A stretch of 64,000 nucleotides of DNA from Synergistaceae bacterium. GTDB lineage: Bacteria; Synergistota; Synergistia; Synergistales; Acetomicrobiaceae. Each line of letters begins with the position of its first letter. The first letter of the stretch is position 1. The DNA lies in NCBI GenBank assembly GCA_012518015.1, contig JAAYTM010000107.1:11862-75861 (forward strand). The letters are read 5' to 3'. Below are positions 10,742-20,857 of the stretch, piece after piece. The position numbers were made by a program, and so were the translations under genes. The notes under the pieces were generated by a model. The model was not told the origin of the DNA. It ran no database searches and saw only the letters and a program-made list of their open reading frames with translations.

Positions 10742-12167
10742 GAAATCGATGATTTTCGGGGACAATACAAGATCTCTTCATTTAATGGGGGTTGGAGGCG
10801 CCGGCATGAGCGGATTGGCTCACTTGCTTAAAGGGCTGGGCTATGAAGTATCCGGTTGTGATGTTGCAAGGACGAATTATGTATCCAATTTAGAGAAACT
10901 TGGCATAAAAGTTTTAAGCGGCCACTGTGCATCCCACATTGATATTTTTAAACCAGATTTGTTAATTTACAGCAGTGCGATTGCGTGGAACAACATCGAG
11001 CTTGATTACGCAAGAAAAGCTGGCGTATGCGTAGCCAGAAGGGGCGATATTTTAAGCGCTTTGTTTAATCAGTTAAAAGGCATCGGTGTAGCAGGGGCTC
11101 ATGGCAAAACCACTACCTCGTCCATGATTGCGACCGTGTTGGATGCTGCAGGTCTCGATCCGACCGTGGCGATAGGAGGAGAGGTGTCTGATATAGGAGG
11201 CAATGCGAGGTTGGGCCAGGGAGCATATATGGTATCGGAATTGGACGAAAGCGATGGTTCCTTTGAATTGTTTGCCTGCCATATACCGGTAATTACAAAT
11301 ATAGACTGGGATCATGTCAATTTCTATCCCACTTTTCAATCCGTTCAAGACGCCTTTATTCGCTTTTTATCGAATCGAAAAAGTGATGGGAAAATTGTGA
11401 TATGCGGGGAAGATATTGGATGTCAGGCTGTGTCAAAGCTTTTTTCTCCCTTTTGTGTTACCTATGGTTGGGGGAAACGATGGGATTGGGGCGCTATCGA
11501 TGTAAAACATAGACCGGGTGGGGGCGTTTTGTTTACCGCTGTAAAAGAAGGTAATGAAATGGGTAGCGTCAAGCTTAGAGTCTCAGGTGAACATAACGTC
11601 CTGAACGCCTTGGCTGCCTGTGCTGTTGGAGATTTGCTAAACATAGACTTTGGTACGATCCAAAAAGCACTTTATAATTTTAAGGGAACTAAAAGAAGAT
11701 TGCAGTGTCTAGGGGCAAGTAACGATATATATATCTACGATGACTATGGACATCATCCAAGAGAAATTCGCGCTACTTTAGATGCTATGCGCAATATATT
11801 TCCGTCACGCAGGTTAATCGTGATATTTCAACCCCACAGATACACGCGCACAAAAGCCATGTACAGAAAGTTTGCTGAGGCTTTGATGAATGCTGATATA
11901 GTGTATATTCTACCTGTATATCCGGCTGACGAGAAACTAGAGGAATGTATTAGTTCAGATCTAATAACAAACTGCCTGATTAATGATTACGCTCATGAGT
12001 ATTGCCTTACCGTTGCCGAGGAAGAGGTCGTCTCCAAGGTCGTTGAAGATTTGCTACCTGGGGACGTTCTTTTGACGTTGGGAGCAGGTGACGTTGATGT
12101 GTTTGGGAGTCAAATATTAAACGTGATTATCTCGAATTTCAATAAGCAAGAAACAGCATCCATGTGA
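10728..12167 (+). CDS. murC: UDP-MurNAc:L-Ala ligase (start refined to TTG 10728)
   Basis: GVGGAGMSGLA, GAHGKTTTS, DDYGHHP, FQPHRYTR motifs; GGGGAGGG RBS before 10728. Confidence 0.95.
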   Translation: MNVLRKSMIFGDNTRSLHLMGVGGAGMSGLAHLLKGLGYEVSGCDVARTNYVSNLEKLGIKVLSGHCASHIDIFKPDLLIYSSAIAWNNIELDYARKAGVCVARRGDILSALFNQLKGIGVAGAHGKTTTSSMIATVLDAAGLDPTVAIGGEVSDIGGNARLGQGAYMVSELDESDGSFELFACHIPVITNIDWDHVNFYPTFQSVQDAFIRFLSNRKSDGKIVICGEDIGCQAVSKLFSPFCVTYGWGKRWDWGAIDVKHRPGGGVLFTAVKEGNEMGSVKLRVSGEHNVLNALAACAVGDLLNIDFGTIQKALYNFKGTKRRLQCLGASNDIYIYDDYGHHPREIRATLDAMRNIFPSRRLIVIFQPHRYTRTKAMYRKFAEALMNADIVYILPVYPADEKLEECISSDLITNCLINDYAHEYCLTVAEEEVVSKVVEDLLPGDVLLTLGAGDVDVFGSQILNVIISNFNKQETASM

Positions 12168-12197
12168 TGGTGGACGCTGTATGATGGACGTGATATA

Positions 12198-12983
12198 TTG
12201 AGTAAAGTTTGGACAGCCAAGATGAGGATAATATCCCTCTTAATGGTGATGTCCGTTGCTTGTGGTTTTTTTTATGGCGTTGAAGAGAAACTTTATCTTT
12301 TTAGACTGAGAAATATAGATGTTGTTCCGGAAAACGTCTTGATAGAGAAAGAAACAGCCAGCTTGATAAGTAGATCATCTGCTAGATTTTGGCCTTTACT
12401 TTTTATAGGCTACCCGTCATGGAAGATGGAGATGGAGAAGAAATACCCGGTTCGCTTCTTAATTAGAGTTGATGGATGGGGAGAAGTGGTGATTGAATGG
12501 CTTTGTCTGCAACCAATCTTTATCGTTAATTGGCATAACGAAAGATGGTTTATTACTTCCAACGGCATGACGTGGCATGAGAGCAACCCTTTGTGGAGTG
12601 AAGCCAATCCGGATGTCCACAATTTACTGACTTTAAAATGGCATAATTCCATGCCTCCCTTAGTGCCGGATGAAGCAAATCCCAATGGAGTACGCCAAAG
12701 CATTTTCCCGGTAGTACGTACGATTGAACTCGTTGAAGCAATACGAAAAACGCCATGGATTCAAAAAATAAAGGCCTTAGAGTTGATAAAAATAGCAGGA
12801 GAATTAGCCGTTATGGTTGAGGTTGCATCCTTGGATAAAGATGTTAGTATATTATTTGAATTTTCTGAAAGCAAGTGGAACGATTTGGCGCCGGCAATGG
12901 AAACAATCGTTAAATCTTCGGATGCAAAGGCTTTATACCTTGATGCAACATATAAAGACAAAATCGTCATTAGAAACAAGTAA
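12198..12983 (+). CDS. Divergent FtsQ/DivIB-like membrane protein
   Basis: N-terminal TM, C-terminal YLDATYKDKIVIR resembling the FtsQ YiDlR-type end; sits between murC and ftsA. Confidence 0.6.
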   Translation: MSKVWTAKMRIISLLMVMSVACGFFYGVEEKLYLFRLRNIDVVPENVLIEKETASLISRSSARFWPLLFIGYPSWKMEMEKKYPVRFLIRVDGWGEVVIEWLCLQPIFIVNWHNERWFITSNGMTWHESNPLWSEANPDVHNLLTLKWHNSMPPLVPDEANPNGVRQSIFPVVRTIELVEAIRKTPWIQKIKALELIKIAGELAVMVEVASLDKDVSILFEFSESKWNDLAPAMETIVKSSDAKALYLDATYKDKIVIRNK

Positions 12984-13036
12984 GCCTCTTATTGAACATC
13001 TTCGTTGGGTTAATATCGAGGGATGGAGGCATTTAA

Positions 13037-14344
13037 ATGTATGAGAAGATAGATTTAATTGCGGGACTTGATATAGGCACGACAAAAACCTCGGTAATTG
13101 TGGCAGAGAGGGATCGATATACTGGAGAAGCGCAAATTATTGGGGTTGGATCCGTTCCCTCCGCCGGATTGCGTAAAGGCTTAATCGTTAACTTTGAACA
13201 AGTTGTCCGATCCGTTTCTTATGCCTTAGAAGATGCCGAAAGTATGACAGGCATACGTGCCGATAGTGTATTTGTTTGTTTTAGTGGAGCTCTCACAACT
13301 AGTATTACCTCAAAAGGCATGGTTTCTTTGGGCAGCACTCCAAGACAGGTTACCGAAATAGATATTCAAAGGGTTATAGAGGCTTCTTTGTCCGAGATAA
13401 GTATGCCCAATAATTATTGCACTGTACACACTATACCAGTGACCTATTCTATCGATGGGCAAAGAGGAATAGACGATCCTTTGGGTATGACGGGCGTGCG
13501 CTTGGAGGTTGAGGTCCAATCCATCATGTCACCTACCGCGACTGTTCAAAATGTGGTTAATTGTGCTGAACGAGCTGGGGTGAGCGTAGCGGGGCTTGTT
13601 ATAAAACCGCTAGCAAGCGCCTTAGGCGTCTTATCCCCGGGGGAGATATCATCGGGTGTAGCTGTCATAGACATTGGCGGTGGCACAACAGGAATCTCCA
13701 TCTACGTCGATGGAGCGCTCAAAAGGCTTACCGTCATACAAATTGGGGGAGATCACATTACTAACGATATCGCGAGGGTTTTGAAGGTGCCAATAGAGGT
13801 GGCTGAGGAATTAAAAAGATACGTTTCCCTAGGTGAAGATTTTGATGCCTACGACGAAGAGCTGGAGTTCATGGTGCAGGGCAAGCGAGGATTTTGCAGT
13901 GCAGGGCAAGTGCACGAGGTGGCATACAATCGCTTAGAGGAATTATTTGATGATTTCATTAAAAAAGAACTTCGCGATGTAGGCTCAATACTTCTCCCAA
14001 GCGGCATTGTTTTAACTGGTGGCGTAGCGAAAATGAAAGGCATTGCTGAAATGGTTTCCGAAGTTTTAAATATGCCCGTTAGAGTGGCCAATCCATTGGA
14101 CAGTGCTAAAATGCCCCCCGGGAGGAACGGGTCCGAATATGCATCCCTAGCTGGAATTATTAAATATATGAATATAATAGAGAAATGCCCCTTCAAGTTT
14201 ATCGGGCCATCTATAACCCTCACATCGACAATCTCATCTAAAAGGGGCAGATCTTACGGAGAGGATGTCCATGGTTTACGTGCGATAGACTTTTTCAAGT
14301 CGGTTTTAAATGCTATAAAGAGAACCTTTAAGGAACTTTTTTAA
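13037..14344 (+). CDS. ftsA: Cell division protein FtsA
   Basis: GLDIGTTK, DIGGGTT, GGDHITND, VLTGG motifs; C-terminal amphipathic helix. Confidence 0.97.
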   Translation: MYEKIDLIAGLDIGTTKTSVIVAERDRYTGEAQIIGVGSVPSAGLRKGLIVNFEQVVRSVSYALEDAESMTGIRADSVFVCFSGALTTSITSKGMVSLGSTPRQVTEIDIQRVIEASLSEISMPNNYCTVHTIPVTYSIDGQRGIDDPLGMTGVRLEVEVQSIMSPTATVQNVVNCAERAGVSVAGLVIKPLASALGVLSPGEISSGVAVIDIGGGTTGISIYVDGALKRLTVIQIGGDHITNDIARVLKVPIEVAEELKRYVSLGEDFDAYDEELEFMVQGKRGFCSAGQVHEVAYNRLEELFDDFIKKELRDVGSILLPSGIVLTGGVAKMKGIAEMVSEVLNMPVRVANPLDSAKMPPGRNGSEYASLAGIIKYMNIIEKCPFKFIGPSITLTSTISSKRGRSYGEDVHGLRAIDFFKSVLNAIKRTFKELF

Positions 14345-14368
14345 GTGAATTTTTGGGGGAGTTGCGAG

Positions 14369-15520
14369 ATGGCTGACAGGGACAAGGAAAGGATATTTGA
14401 AATTGATAACTCGGATGATCGCAAATACAAAGAGATCATCAAAGTCGTTGGCGTTGGAGGTGGTGGAAATAATGCGCTAAATCACATCATATCCAATGGT
14501 CTTAAGGGTGTCGAATTTATCGCTGCAAATACAGATATTGCTCACTTAAATCAGAATCTGGCTGACGTCAAGATAATCCTTGGAGAGCAGTTAACCAGGG
14601 GGTTAGGTGCAGGTTCGGATCCTGAAATTGGTTTTAAAGCTGCGAAAGAGTCGATCGATATCATTAAAGAGGTTTTGCAGGGAGCCGATATGGTTTTCCT
14701 TACGGCTGGCATGGGAGGAGGTACTGGTACGGGAGCATCTCCTGTCATAGCTGAGGTTGCCAAAGAAGTTGGCGCTCTCGTTGTCGCCGTCGTGACAAAG
14801 CCTTTTATATTTGAGGGTAGAAGGAGGATCGATCAAGCGTTAGAAGGAATTAAAAATTTACAAGGTAAGGTTGATGCCCTCATCGTGATCCCAAACGATA
14901 AGCTGCTTGAAATATCTGACAAAAAAGTGCCCTTGCTGGATTCTTTCAAGCTGGCTGATGAGGTTTTGCGGCAGGCAGTTCAGGGCGTGACCGATCTTAT
15001 TTTACGACCGGGTTTAATCAATGTAGATTTTGCCGATGTTCGGGCTGTAATGAGTAATGCCGGATCTGCGATAATGGGCATAGGCGAAGCTACAGGCGAA
15101 GATCGGGCTATTGTCGCCGCAAAGGCCGCCATTAACAGCCCGTTGATGGAAACTCCTATGCAAGGCGCGAAGGGGATTTTGTTTAACGTCACTGGCGGCA
15201 ATAATGTTGGCATTCACGAAATCAAAGAGGTGGCTCAGGTTATTACAGAAGCAGCTGCTGAGGATGCAATCATCATATGGGGGCATGTTTTGGATCCCGA
15301 GATGGACGACAAACTTCAGGTTACCGTAATAGCCTCCGGTTTTTCTTCGATTCCTGGAAAGTTAGGTCGCGATAAAGCTCTTTCGGGAAAGCGAAGATCG
15401 CGCATAGACTTGGAAGAAGCCGAGATCAAGGTGCCTGAAGAAGACCTGTTTAGGATTAGCGGTGTTCAAGTTGACACCTTCGATCTTCCAACTGTAGTGA
15501 GGAGGAAAAAGAAGGAGTAA
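14369..15520 (+). CDS. ftsZ: Cell division protein FtsZ (start refined to ATG 14369)
   Basis: [26 protein letters not shown] motifs. Confidence 0.98.
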   Translation: MADRDKERIFEIDNSDDRKYKEIIKVVGVGGGGNNALNHIISNGLKGVEFIAANTDIAHLNQNLADVKIILGEQLTRGLGAGSDPEIGFKAAKESIDIIKEVLQGADMVFLTAGMGGGTGTGASPVIAEVAKEVGALVVAVVTKPFIFEGRRRIDQALEGIKNLQGKVDALIVIPNDKLLEISDKKVPLLDSFKLADEVLRQAVQGVTDLILRPGLINVDFADVRAVMSNAGSAIMGIGEATGEDRAIVAAKAAINSPLMETPMQGAKGILFNVTGGNNVGIHEIKEVAQVITEAAAEDAIIIWGHVLDPEMDDKLQVTVIASGFSSIPGKLGRDKALSGKRRSRIDLEEAEIKVPEEDLFRISGVQVDTFDLPTVVRRKKKE

Positions 15521-15523
15521 CAA

Positions 15524-17011
15524 GTGTCGCAAATCATGCCAGATGAAACGATCCTCTTGGACTTGCCCAAAGGGGGAGATCCTCCGTGGGCGTTATTATA
15601 TCCAAACACTTACGGAGTGGGCATGGCGAATTTGGGCTATCATTACATTTATGCAGCGTTGAAAAGCAGAGGCGTAGGCGTAGAGAGGATATTTGTTGAT
15701 ACTGAATGTAAATCGCTCGAAGAGGGACGTTTCTTATCGGAATTTCCTATAGTTACGGCATCGGTGTCTTACGAGCCCGATTATGTCGCTTTGCTAAAGA
15801 TGTTGCATAATAGCAAAGTGTTGCTTCATTGGAACAGGAGGGCTCTAATTAATGGCCCAGTGGTCGGCGTGGGGGGAGCTGTTAGCTACATAAATCCCCT
15901 CCTTTTTTCATCTATGGTCGATTTTGTCTGTTTAGGAGACGGAGAGGTAGTTGTAGATCACCTGATAGCCTGCCTTCGTTCCTATATGAAGCATGGGAAT
16001 AGAAGAAAGTTGTGGGAGGATTTATCGGCTTCGAAGCATGTATACGTGCCTCCACTTCATAATGAACTTGTCATTTCAAAAAAAGCGAACCTTGGTAGAA
16101 AAAGGGGGAATCTGGAAAATCTCTCTGCATCATTGGGTCATAGCGTGTGGATGACTCCCAAGGCTGCCTTTGGGAGAACGTTGCTTTTGGAGTTACAGCG
16201 AGGTTGTTTTAGGCGATGTCCCTATTGTGTCGTGCCAAGTAATTTCGGGAAAGCTAGATTTCGGCCCGTTGATGAGTTAATTTCTCTGTTATATAAATTT
16301 AAGACATACAATAACTTCAATGTTGGCTTAGTCACGCCGGAAGCAGGGGATCATCCAGATTTAGATCGTCTTTTGGATGCCATTAATGACTGTGGAAGGA
16401 GGGTAAGTTTTGCCTCGCTTCGTATTGATGCTTTAAGCGAAAAAATGCTGAAAACCATGGCAGTTGGAGGTAAAAAAAGCATAACGATTGCTCCCGAAAC
16501 AGGCAGTGATTCTTTGAGAGGATCATTAAAAAAACACTTCACTAATGAAACTATCATAAAAAAACTCGCCATAGCGAAAGATTTTGGAATACGATCAGTG
16601 AAGATGTATTTCATGATAGGTCTTCCTGGTGAAAACGATGACGACGTGAGATCCATAGCTGAATTGTCGAAACAGGTGTGGGAGCTGTTAAAATTAAAGC
16701 CGGTTATTTCTATAAGTATTTTTGTGCCAAAGCCAGGCACTCCATTTTCAAATGAGCCCTTCGTAGGGATATCTGAGGGCCGACGCAAATTAAACATATT
16801 ACGTGGATCTTTAAAGGGATACGGTAAAGTCATTAAAATGCGATCTGTGGATTTGAGGGGATCTTTAAAAGAATACACGTTATCGTGGTATGGTTTACAA
16901 GAGGCCGAGGTTTTATTAGACATGATTGATGACGGCGACAAAGATGATCTTTCTTGTTTGGCATTCTCTAAAGAGGTTGTTCGGGAACAAATTTTCATGC
17001 TTGGTTTTTGA
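15524..17011 (+). CDS. Radical SAM protein of unknown function
   Basis: RGCFRRCPYC (CxxxCxxC), SLRID, TIAPETGS, YFMIGLPGE, FVPKPGTPF; N-terminal YPNTYGVGMANLG. Confidence 0.88.
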   Translation: MSQIMPDETILLDLPKGGDPPWALLYPNTYGVGMANLGYHYIYAALKSRGVGVERIFVDTECKSLEEGRFLSEFPIVTASVSYEPDYVALLKMLHNSKVLLHWNRRALINGPVVGVGGAVSYINPLLFSSMVDFVCLGDGEVVVDHLIACLRSYMKHGNRRKLWEDLSASKHVYVPPLHNELVISKKANLGRKRGNLENLSASLGHSVWMTPKAAFGRTLLLELQRGCFRRCPYCVVPSNFGKARFRPVDELISLLYKFKTYNNFNVGLVTPEAGDHPDLDRLLDAINDCGRRVSFASLRIDALSEKMLKTMAVGGKKSITIAPETGSDSLRGSLKKHFTNETIIKKLAIAKDFGIRSVKMYFMIGLPGENDDDVRSIAELSKQVWELLKLKPVISISIFVPKPGTPFSNEPFVGISEGRRKLNILRGSLKGYGKVIKMRSVDLRGSLKEYTLSWYGLQEAEVLLDMIDDGDKDDLSCLAFSKEVVREQIFMLGF

Positions 17012-17082
17012 TAAAACATTCTCCTTATTTCGATTTCGGCGAGCATATTATGTTGTGTCAAGACTATAAGAGGTGATAATTA

Positions 17083-17703
17083 ATGATGAAAAGAGAAAGG
17101 CAAAACGATAAAAAGCCAATCTTTTCCTTTGGCCAAATAATGATTCCCCTAGTAGGTTTGGTCGCTATAGGCTTGTTGTATCTGGGGGTTAAGATGTTTT
17201 TCTTTGCACCCGTTAAAACGATCTCCAATCAGGCAGGGGCACCCGATATCGTGGCACAACCTGCTCCTAGCGTGAGTGGCGAAAGCGCTAAGACACCCAC
17301 GGTTGCTGCGCCTTCCGTTCCCATAGAAGAGCCTTCCCTAGATTCTAGAAATGTGATAGCTGTACCTTCTACTGAAAGTCCTGCGAGGTCGGCTGAAAAA
17401 GTCACCAAAGGTGAAGTTGCGGGGGCCCAGACGCCACAGCCTTCTGTGAAGGTATCTCAACCCTCAGAAGGCGGTTGGGGAGTCCAGGTCGGCTCTTTTA
17501 CTGAAAAATGGAGAGCAGATGAGGTTAAAAAGAAGCTTGAAAGCGCAGGATATGCAAACAGGGTGCGTATAATTGAGGCGACTGTAAACGGTAAGCTTTA
17601 TTATAGGGTGCAAGTTTACGCCGGTAATGAAACGTCAGATGCGAAGGAGTTAGAAAAAAAGCTAAAGGATATGGATCTTCCTACGTTGGTAGTGAAGTAT
17701 TGA
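17083..17703 (+). CDS. Membrane-anchored SPOR-domain protein (FtsN/DedD-like architecture)
   Basis: N-terminal TM, Pro/Ser/Ala-rich linker, C-terminal WGVQVGSF...YYRVQV SPOR motif. Confidence 0.88.
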   Translation: MMKRERQNDKKPIFSFGQIMIPLVGLVAIGLLYLGVKMFFFAPVKTISNQAGAPDIVAQPAPSVSGESAKTPTVAAPSVPIEEPSLDSRNVIAVPSTESPARSAEKVTKGEVAGAQTPQPSVKVSQPSEGGWGVQVGSFTEKWRADEVKKKLESAGYANRVRIIEATVNGKLYYRVQVYAGNETSDAKELEKKLKDMDLPTLVVKY

Positions 17704-17720
17704 TTTGAAGAGGTGTTTTT

Positions 17721-18962
17721 ATGGCTGGCGTAACGGAAGAGCTTTTAGGAAGGTTTAAGGCGCTTCAACTCGTGTGCGATAGCATGTCTTTTCCTGCAGT
17801 TTTGAGGTGCACTTCAGTTGCTGTTGAAAGTTCTTATGGAATGCGATTAGCAGAAGATGTTGAAGCACCGGAGTCATATCCGCCCTTTTCCCGGAGTTTA
17901 CGTGACGGATACGCAGTAAGAAGCGTTGATGTGAAGGGAGCCTCGATCTCCTCCCCTGTCTTTTTGAGAAAATGTGGCATTATTCCCATGGGCAAAGTGA
18001 TCCGAGAATCTTTGCCAAAGGAAGCTGCTATGCAGATCCTCACGGGTGGGATTTTGCCTCTTGGCAGCGATGCCGTTGTGATGGTTGAAGACACTGAGGA
18101 AATCGGTCCATGGATCGAGGTAAGAAAGGGTGTAATGCCGGGCGAGAACGTAATTATCCAAGGCGAAGAGATAAAAAGTGGAGATATCATTGCAAGAGCA
18201 GGTGATTTGCTCGATTTTAAAAACATCCCAGCCGCTGTTGGCTTGGGAGTAAGAGAGGTTAAGGTGGTAGATTTAAAGATCGGCATTTTAAGTACGGGAG
18301 ATGAGATAGTAGAAGCAGGAACAGATTGCGTTCCTCCCGGATGTGTTAGGGATGTCAATAGCACTACGTTGCGGTTACTGCTCAAGTTTTATGGTTACGA
18401 CGCTCAGTTTTTGGGAATAGTGCGCGATGACCTGCAAGTTCTAACATCAGCCGTTCAAGATGCTTTGCGAAAAAACGACGTCGTCATATTAAGCGGAGGA
18501 TCCTCCGTATCGACCAGGGATTACTGCTCCGAAGTGATAAAGAATTTAGGCGACCCGGGACTGATCATTAAGGGTATAAACATGAGACCCGGCAAGCCAA
18601 CTTTAATCGGAGGCATTAAAGGAGAGCCTGCTAAACTGGTCGTTTCTTTGCCGGGGCATCCCTTGTCTTGCACCGTTGTGGCAAGGGTAGTTTTGTTGCC
18701 TTTATTGAACATGATGATCGGCGGAATAAATTTATATGAAAGAAACTTCGTGCCCGCGAAGATGAAGTGCCTAGATGATGTTATAGGTAGAAGTGGCGTA
18801 GAAGAATATGTGCCTGTCGCTTCTAAGCCGGGTGGGGTTATTCCCGTGAACTCTAAATCAGGGTATATTTCTGCGCTAAATGGGACCATCGGATTGGGTA
18901 TGTTGCCTGTGAATAAAGAGACATTGAGAGCAGGAGAGGAGATAGAGGTAATTTTATGGTAA
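17721..18962 (+). CDS. moeA: Molybdopterin molybdo/tungsto-transferase MoeA
   Basis: DGYAV, STGDE, SGGSS, RPGKPT, LPGHP motifs. Confidence 0.93.
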   Translation: MAGVTEELLGRFKALQLVCDSMSFPAVLRCTSVAVESSYGMRLAEDVEAPESYPPFSRSLRDGYAVRSVDVKGASISSPVFLRKCGIIPMGKVIRESLPKEAAMQILTGGILPLGSDAVVMVEDTEEIGPWIEVRKGVMPGENVIIQGEEIKSGDIIARAGDLLDFKNIPAAVGLGVREVKVVDLKIGILSTGDEIVEAGTDCVPPGCVRDVNSTTLRLLLKFYGYDAQFLGIVRDDLQVLTSAVQDALRKNDVVILSGGSSVSTRDYCSEVIKNLGDPGLIIKGINMRPGKPTLIGGIKGEPAKLVVSLPGHPLSCTVVARVVLLPLLNMMIGGINLYERNFVPAKMKCLDDVIGRSGVEEYVPVASKPGGVIPVNSKSGYISALNGTIGLGMLPVNKETLRAGEEIEVILW

Positions 18963-20857
18963 AAGAACATTTATCGTTATACGAGGTTTGGAAGTTGTTA
19001 CAGAGCAAATGGGGCGGAAAGTTTTCTGTGATCCATGTTCCTCTACAGCAGGCACTTGGTGCGTCGTTGGCTGAAGATATCCTTTCTCCGATTAATGTGC
19101 CTCACTATCCGGCATCTGCGGTTGATGGTTATGCGGTTTTGTCAATATCTACTTCCATGGCGACTGCAGCCACTCCGGCAATCTTAGATGAAGGACAATT
19201 TCAGTGGGTCAATACAGGATCCTTTGTTCCTCCTCAGTTTGATGCCGTCGTCATGGTGGAGGATACCTCAATTAAAGAAGGAAAATTATACGTTTATGAA
19301 TCTGAATTACCCGGGGCAAACCTCAGACCCATCGGGGAGGATGTTATCAAGGGACAAATCGTGGCCCATTTCGGGGATGAGGTTGATCCCAACCTAACGG
19401 CTTTGTTTTATGCGATTGGAATGCACGAGTTGCCTGTGTTAGCCAAACCAAAAGTTGTCTTCATACCTACAGGTGACGAGATCATTCCTAGGGAGAGCGT
19501 TAATGACCTCGGCTTATTGCCTCCTGGCAAGGTAATGGAGAGCAATTCAATCATGCTTGAGTGTATTTTTAAAAAATGGGGCGTACCCTTCTTTGTAGAT
19601 CAACATGTGGAAGATAACCCACAGCTTTTGAGTAAAGCCCTGCTTCGGGCCGTTGATGAATACGATTTGGTGTTAATTGGGGCCGGGTCCGCCAAGGGAA
19701 AGCGGGATTTTACAGCTGATGTAATAGAACAAGAGGGAAGATTGCTCTTTCATTGGATTTTAATGAGGCCCGGGAGACCTGCGATGCTTGGTGTGGTTCG
19801 GGATAAACCTGTCATTGGCATGCCAGGTTTTCCAATGTCTACAATGGTCGTTGCATGGAGCGTGGTATACCCTCTAATAGAACTGCTGACGAAGGGCAGC
19901 TTTAACGAAGATAAATTTTTGGATGAAGCCATGGATGTAAAAGAAAGACTCAAGGCCTCTTTGTTAATATCTCATACATCACCACAGGGAATAAGTGAAT
20001 GGCTTAGAATAAAGGCAGTCCTGTTGGGATCAAAAAAGTACGTCTGGCCGATTTCAGGAGGCTCAAGTTCCATGAGAGCCACAGCTGAAGCAGATGGATT
20101 TGCTCTCATGCCTCCAGAGGCTTATGAATGCCCGAAGGGCAAAGAAGTAGAAGTCAGGCTAATAAAAGATGTCTTGTGGGAGAATAGGGCATTGTTTCAG
20201 GGTTCTGATGATCCTGCGGTAGCAAGACTTGTTTCTTTGGTAAGGAGGCGGGGTTCTGATCTGGTCATACGTCCCGTTGGTAGCTTAGGCGGGTTAGCGG
20301 CCCTTGCTAGGGGCGAAGCCCACCTCTCGGCCGCACACCTTTTGGATCCTGAAAGTGGCCTATATAATGATAGCTACATAGCAAGTTTTAAGCCGATTAG
20401 CGATAAATGGAAACGTTATTTGCTATTTTATAGACAACAGGGATTTATCGTAAAGAAAGGAAATCCGAAGGACATAAACTCCATTGAGGACTTAGCACGT
20501 AGTGATATTCGCATAGTCAATCGGCAACCTGGTGCTGGAACTCGAGTATTGCTGGATTCCATGCTTAAAGAACATGGCATTGAAGCCTCATTGATAAAGG
20601 GATACGAGGATCAGATGGTGACGCACCTCGATGCCTCTTGTAGGGTAGCGTGGGGTTTAGCTGACGTTGCCTTGGGGATAAAATTTGCAGCAGATGCCTT
20701 AGATTTAGATTTCATTCCCGTTACAGAAGAACCTTACGAGCTCATTATTCCCGAAGATGAATTAGATCATCCGGGGGTAGTTGCTTTGCTAGATGCCCTT
20801 TCTGATCCCGAGTTTAAAGAAAGAATTAACACAATGGGGGGATATCGTTGGCCTTGA
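18956..20857 (+). CDS. MoeA fused to a C-terminal PBP (LysR-type substrate-binding) domain
   Basis: SAVDGYAV, PTGDE, RPGRP, then GSLGGLAAL and NRQPGAGTRVLLD PBP motifs. Confidence 0.9.
   Translation: MVKEHLSLYEVWKLLQSKWGGKFSVIHVPLQQALGASLAEDILSPINVPHYPASAVDGYAVLSISTSMATAATPAILDEGQFQWVNTGSFVPPQFDAVVMVEDTSIKEGKLYVYESELPGANLRPIGEDVIKGQIVAHFGDEVDPNLTALFYAIGMHELPVLAKPKVVFIPTGDEIIPRESVNDLGLLPPGKVMESNSIMLECIFKKWGVPFFVDQHVEDNPQLLSKALLRAVDEYDLVLIGAGSAKGKRDFTADVIEQEGRLLFHWILMRPGRPAMLGVVRDKPVIGMPGFPMSTMVVAWSVVYPLIELLTKGSFNEDKFLDEAMDVKERLKASLLISHTSPQGISEWLRIKAVLLGSKKYVWPISGGSSSMRATAEADGFALMPPEAYECPKGKEVEVRLIKDVLWENRALFQGSDDPAVARLVSLVRRRGSDLVIRPVGSLGGLAALARGEAHLSAAHLLDPESGLYNDSYIASFKPISDKWKRYLLFYRQQGFIVKKGNPKDINSIEDLARSDIRIVNRQPGAGTRVLLDSMLKEHGIEASLIKGYEDQMVTHLDASCRVAWGLADVALGIKFAADALDLDFIPVTEEPYELIIPEDELDHPGVVALLDALSDPEFKERINTMGGYRWP

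Noticed and set aside
16351-17061. 236-aa antisense ORF
   Set aside because: Almost entirely shadows the radical SAM gene; Ser/Phe-rich mirror composition with no recognisable motif
17834-18970. 183-aa and 149-aa antisense ORFs
   Set aside because: Shadows of moeA in the mirror frame
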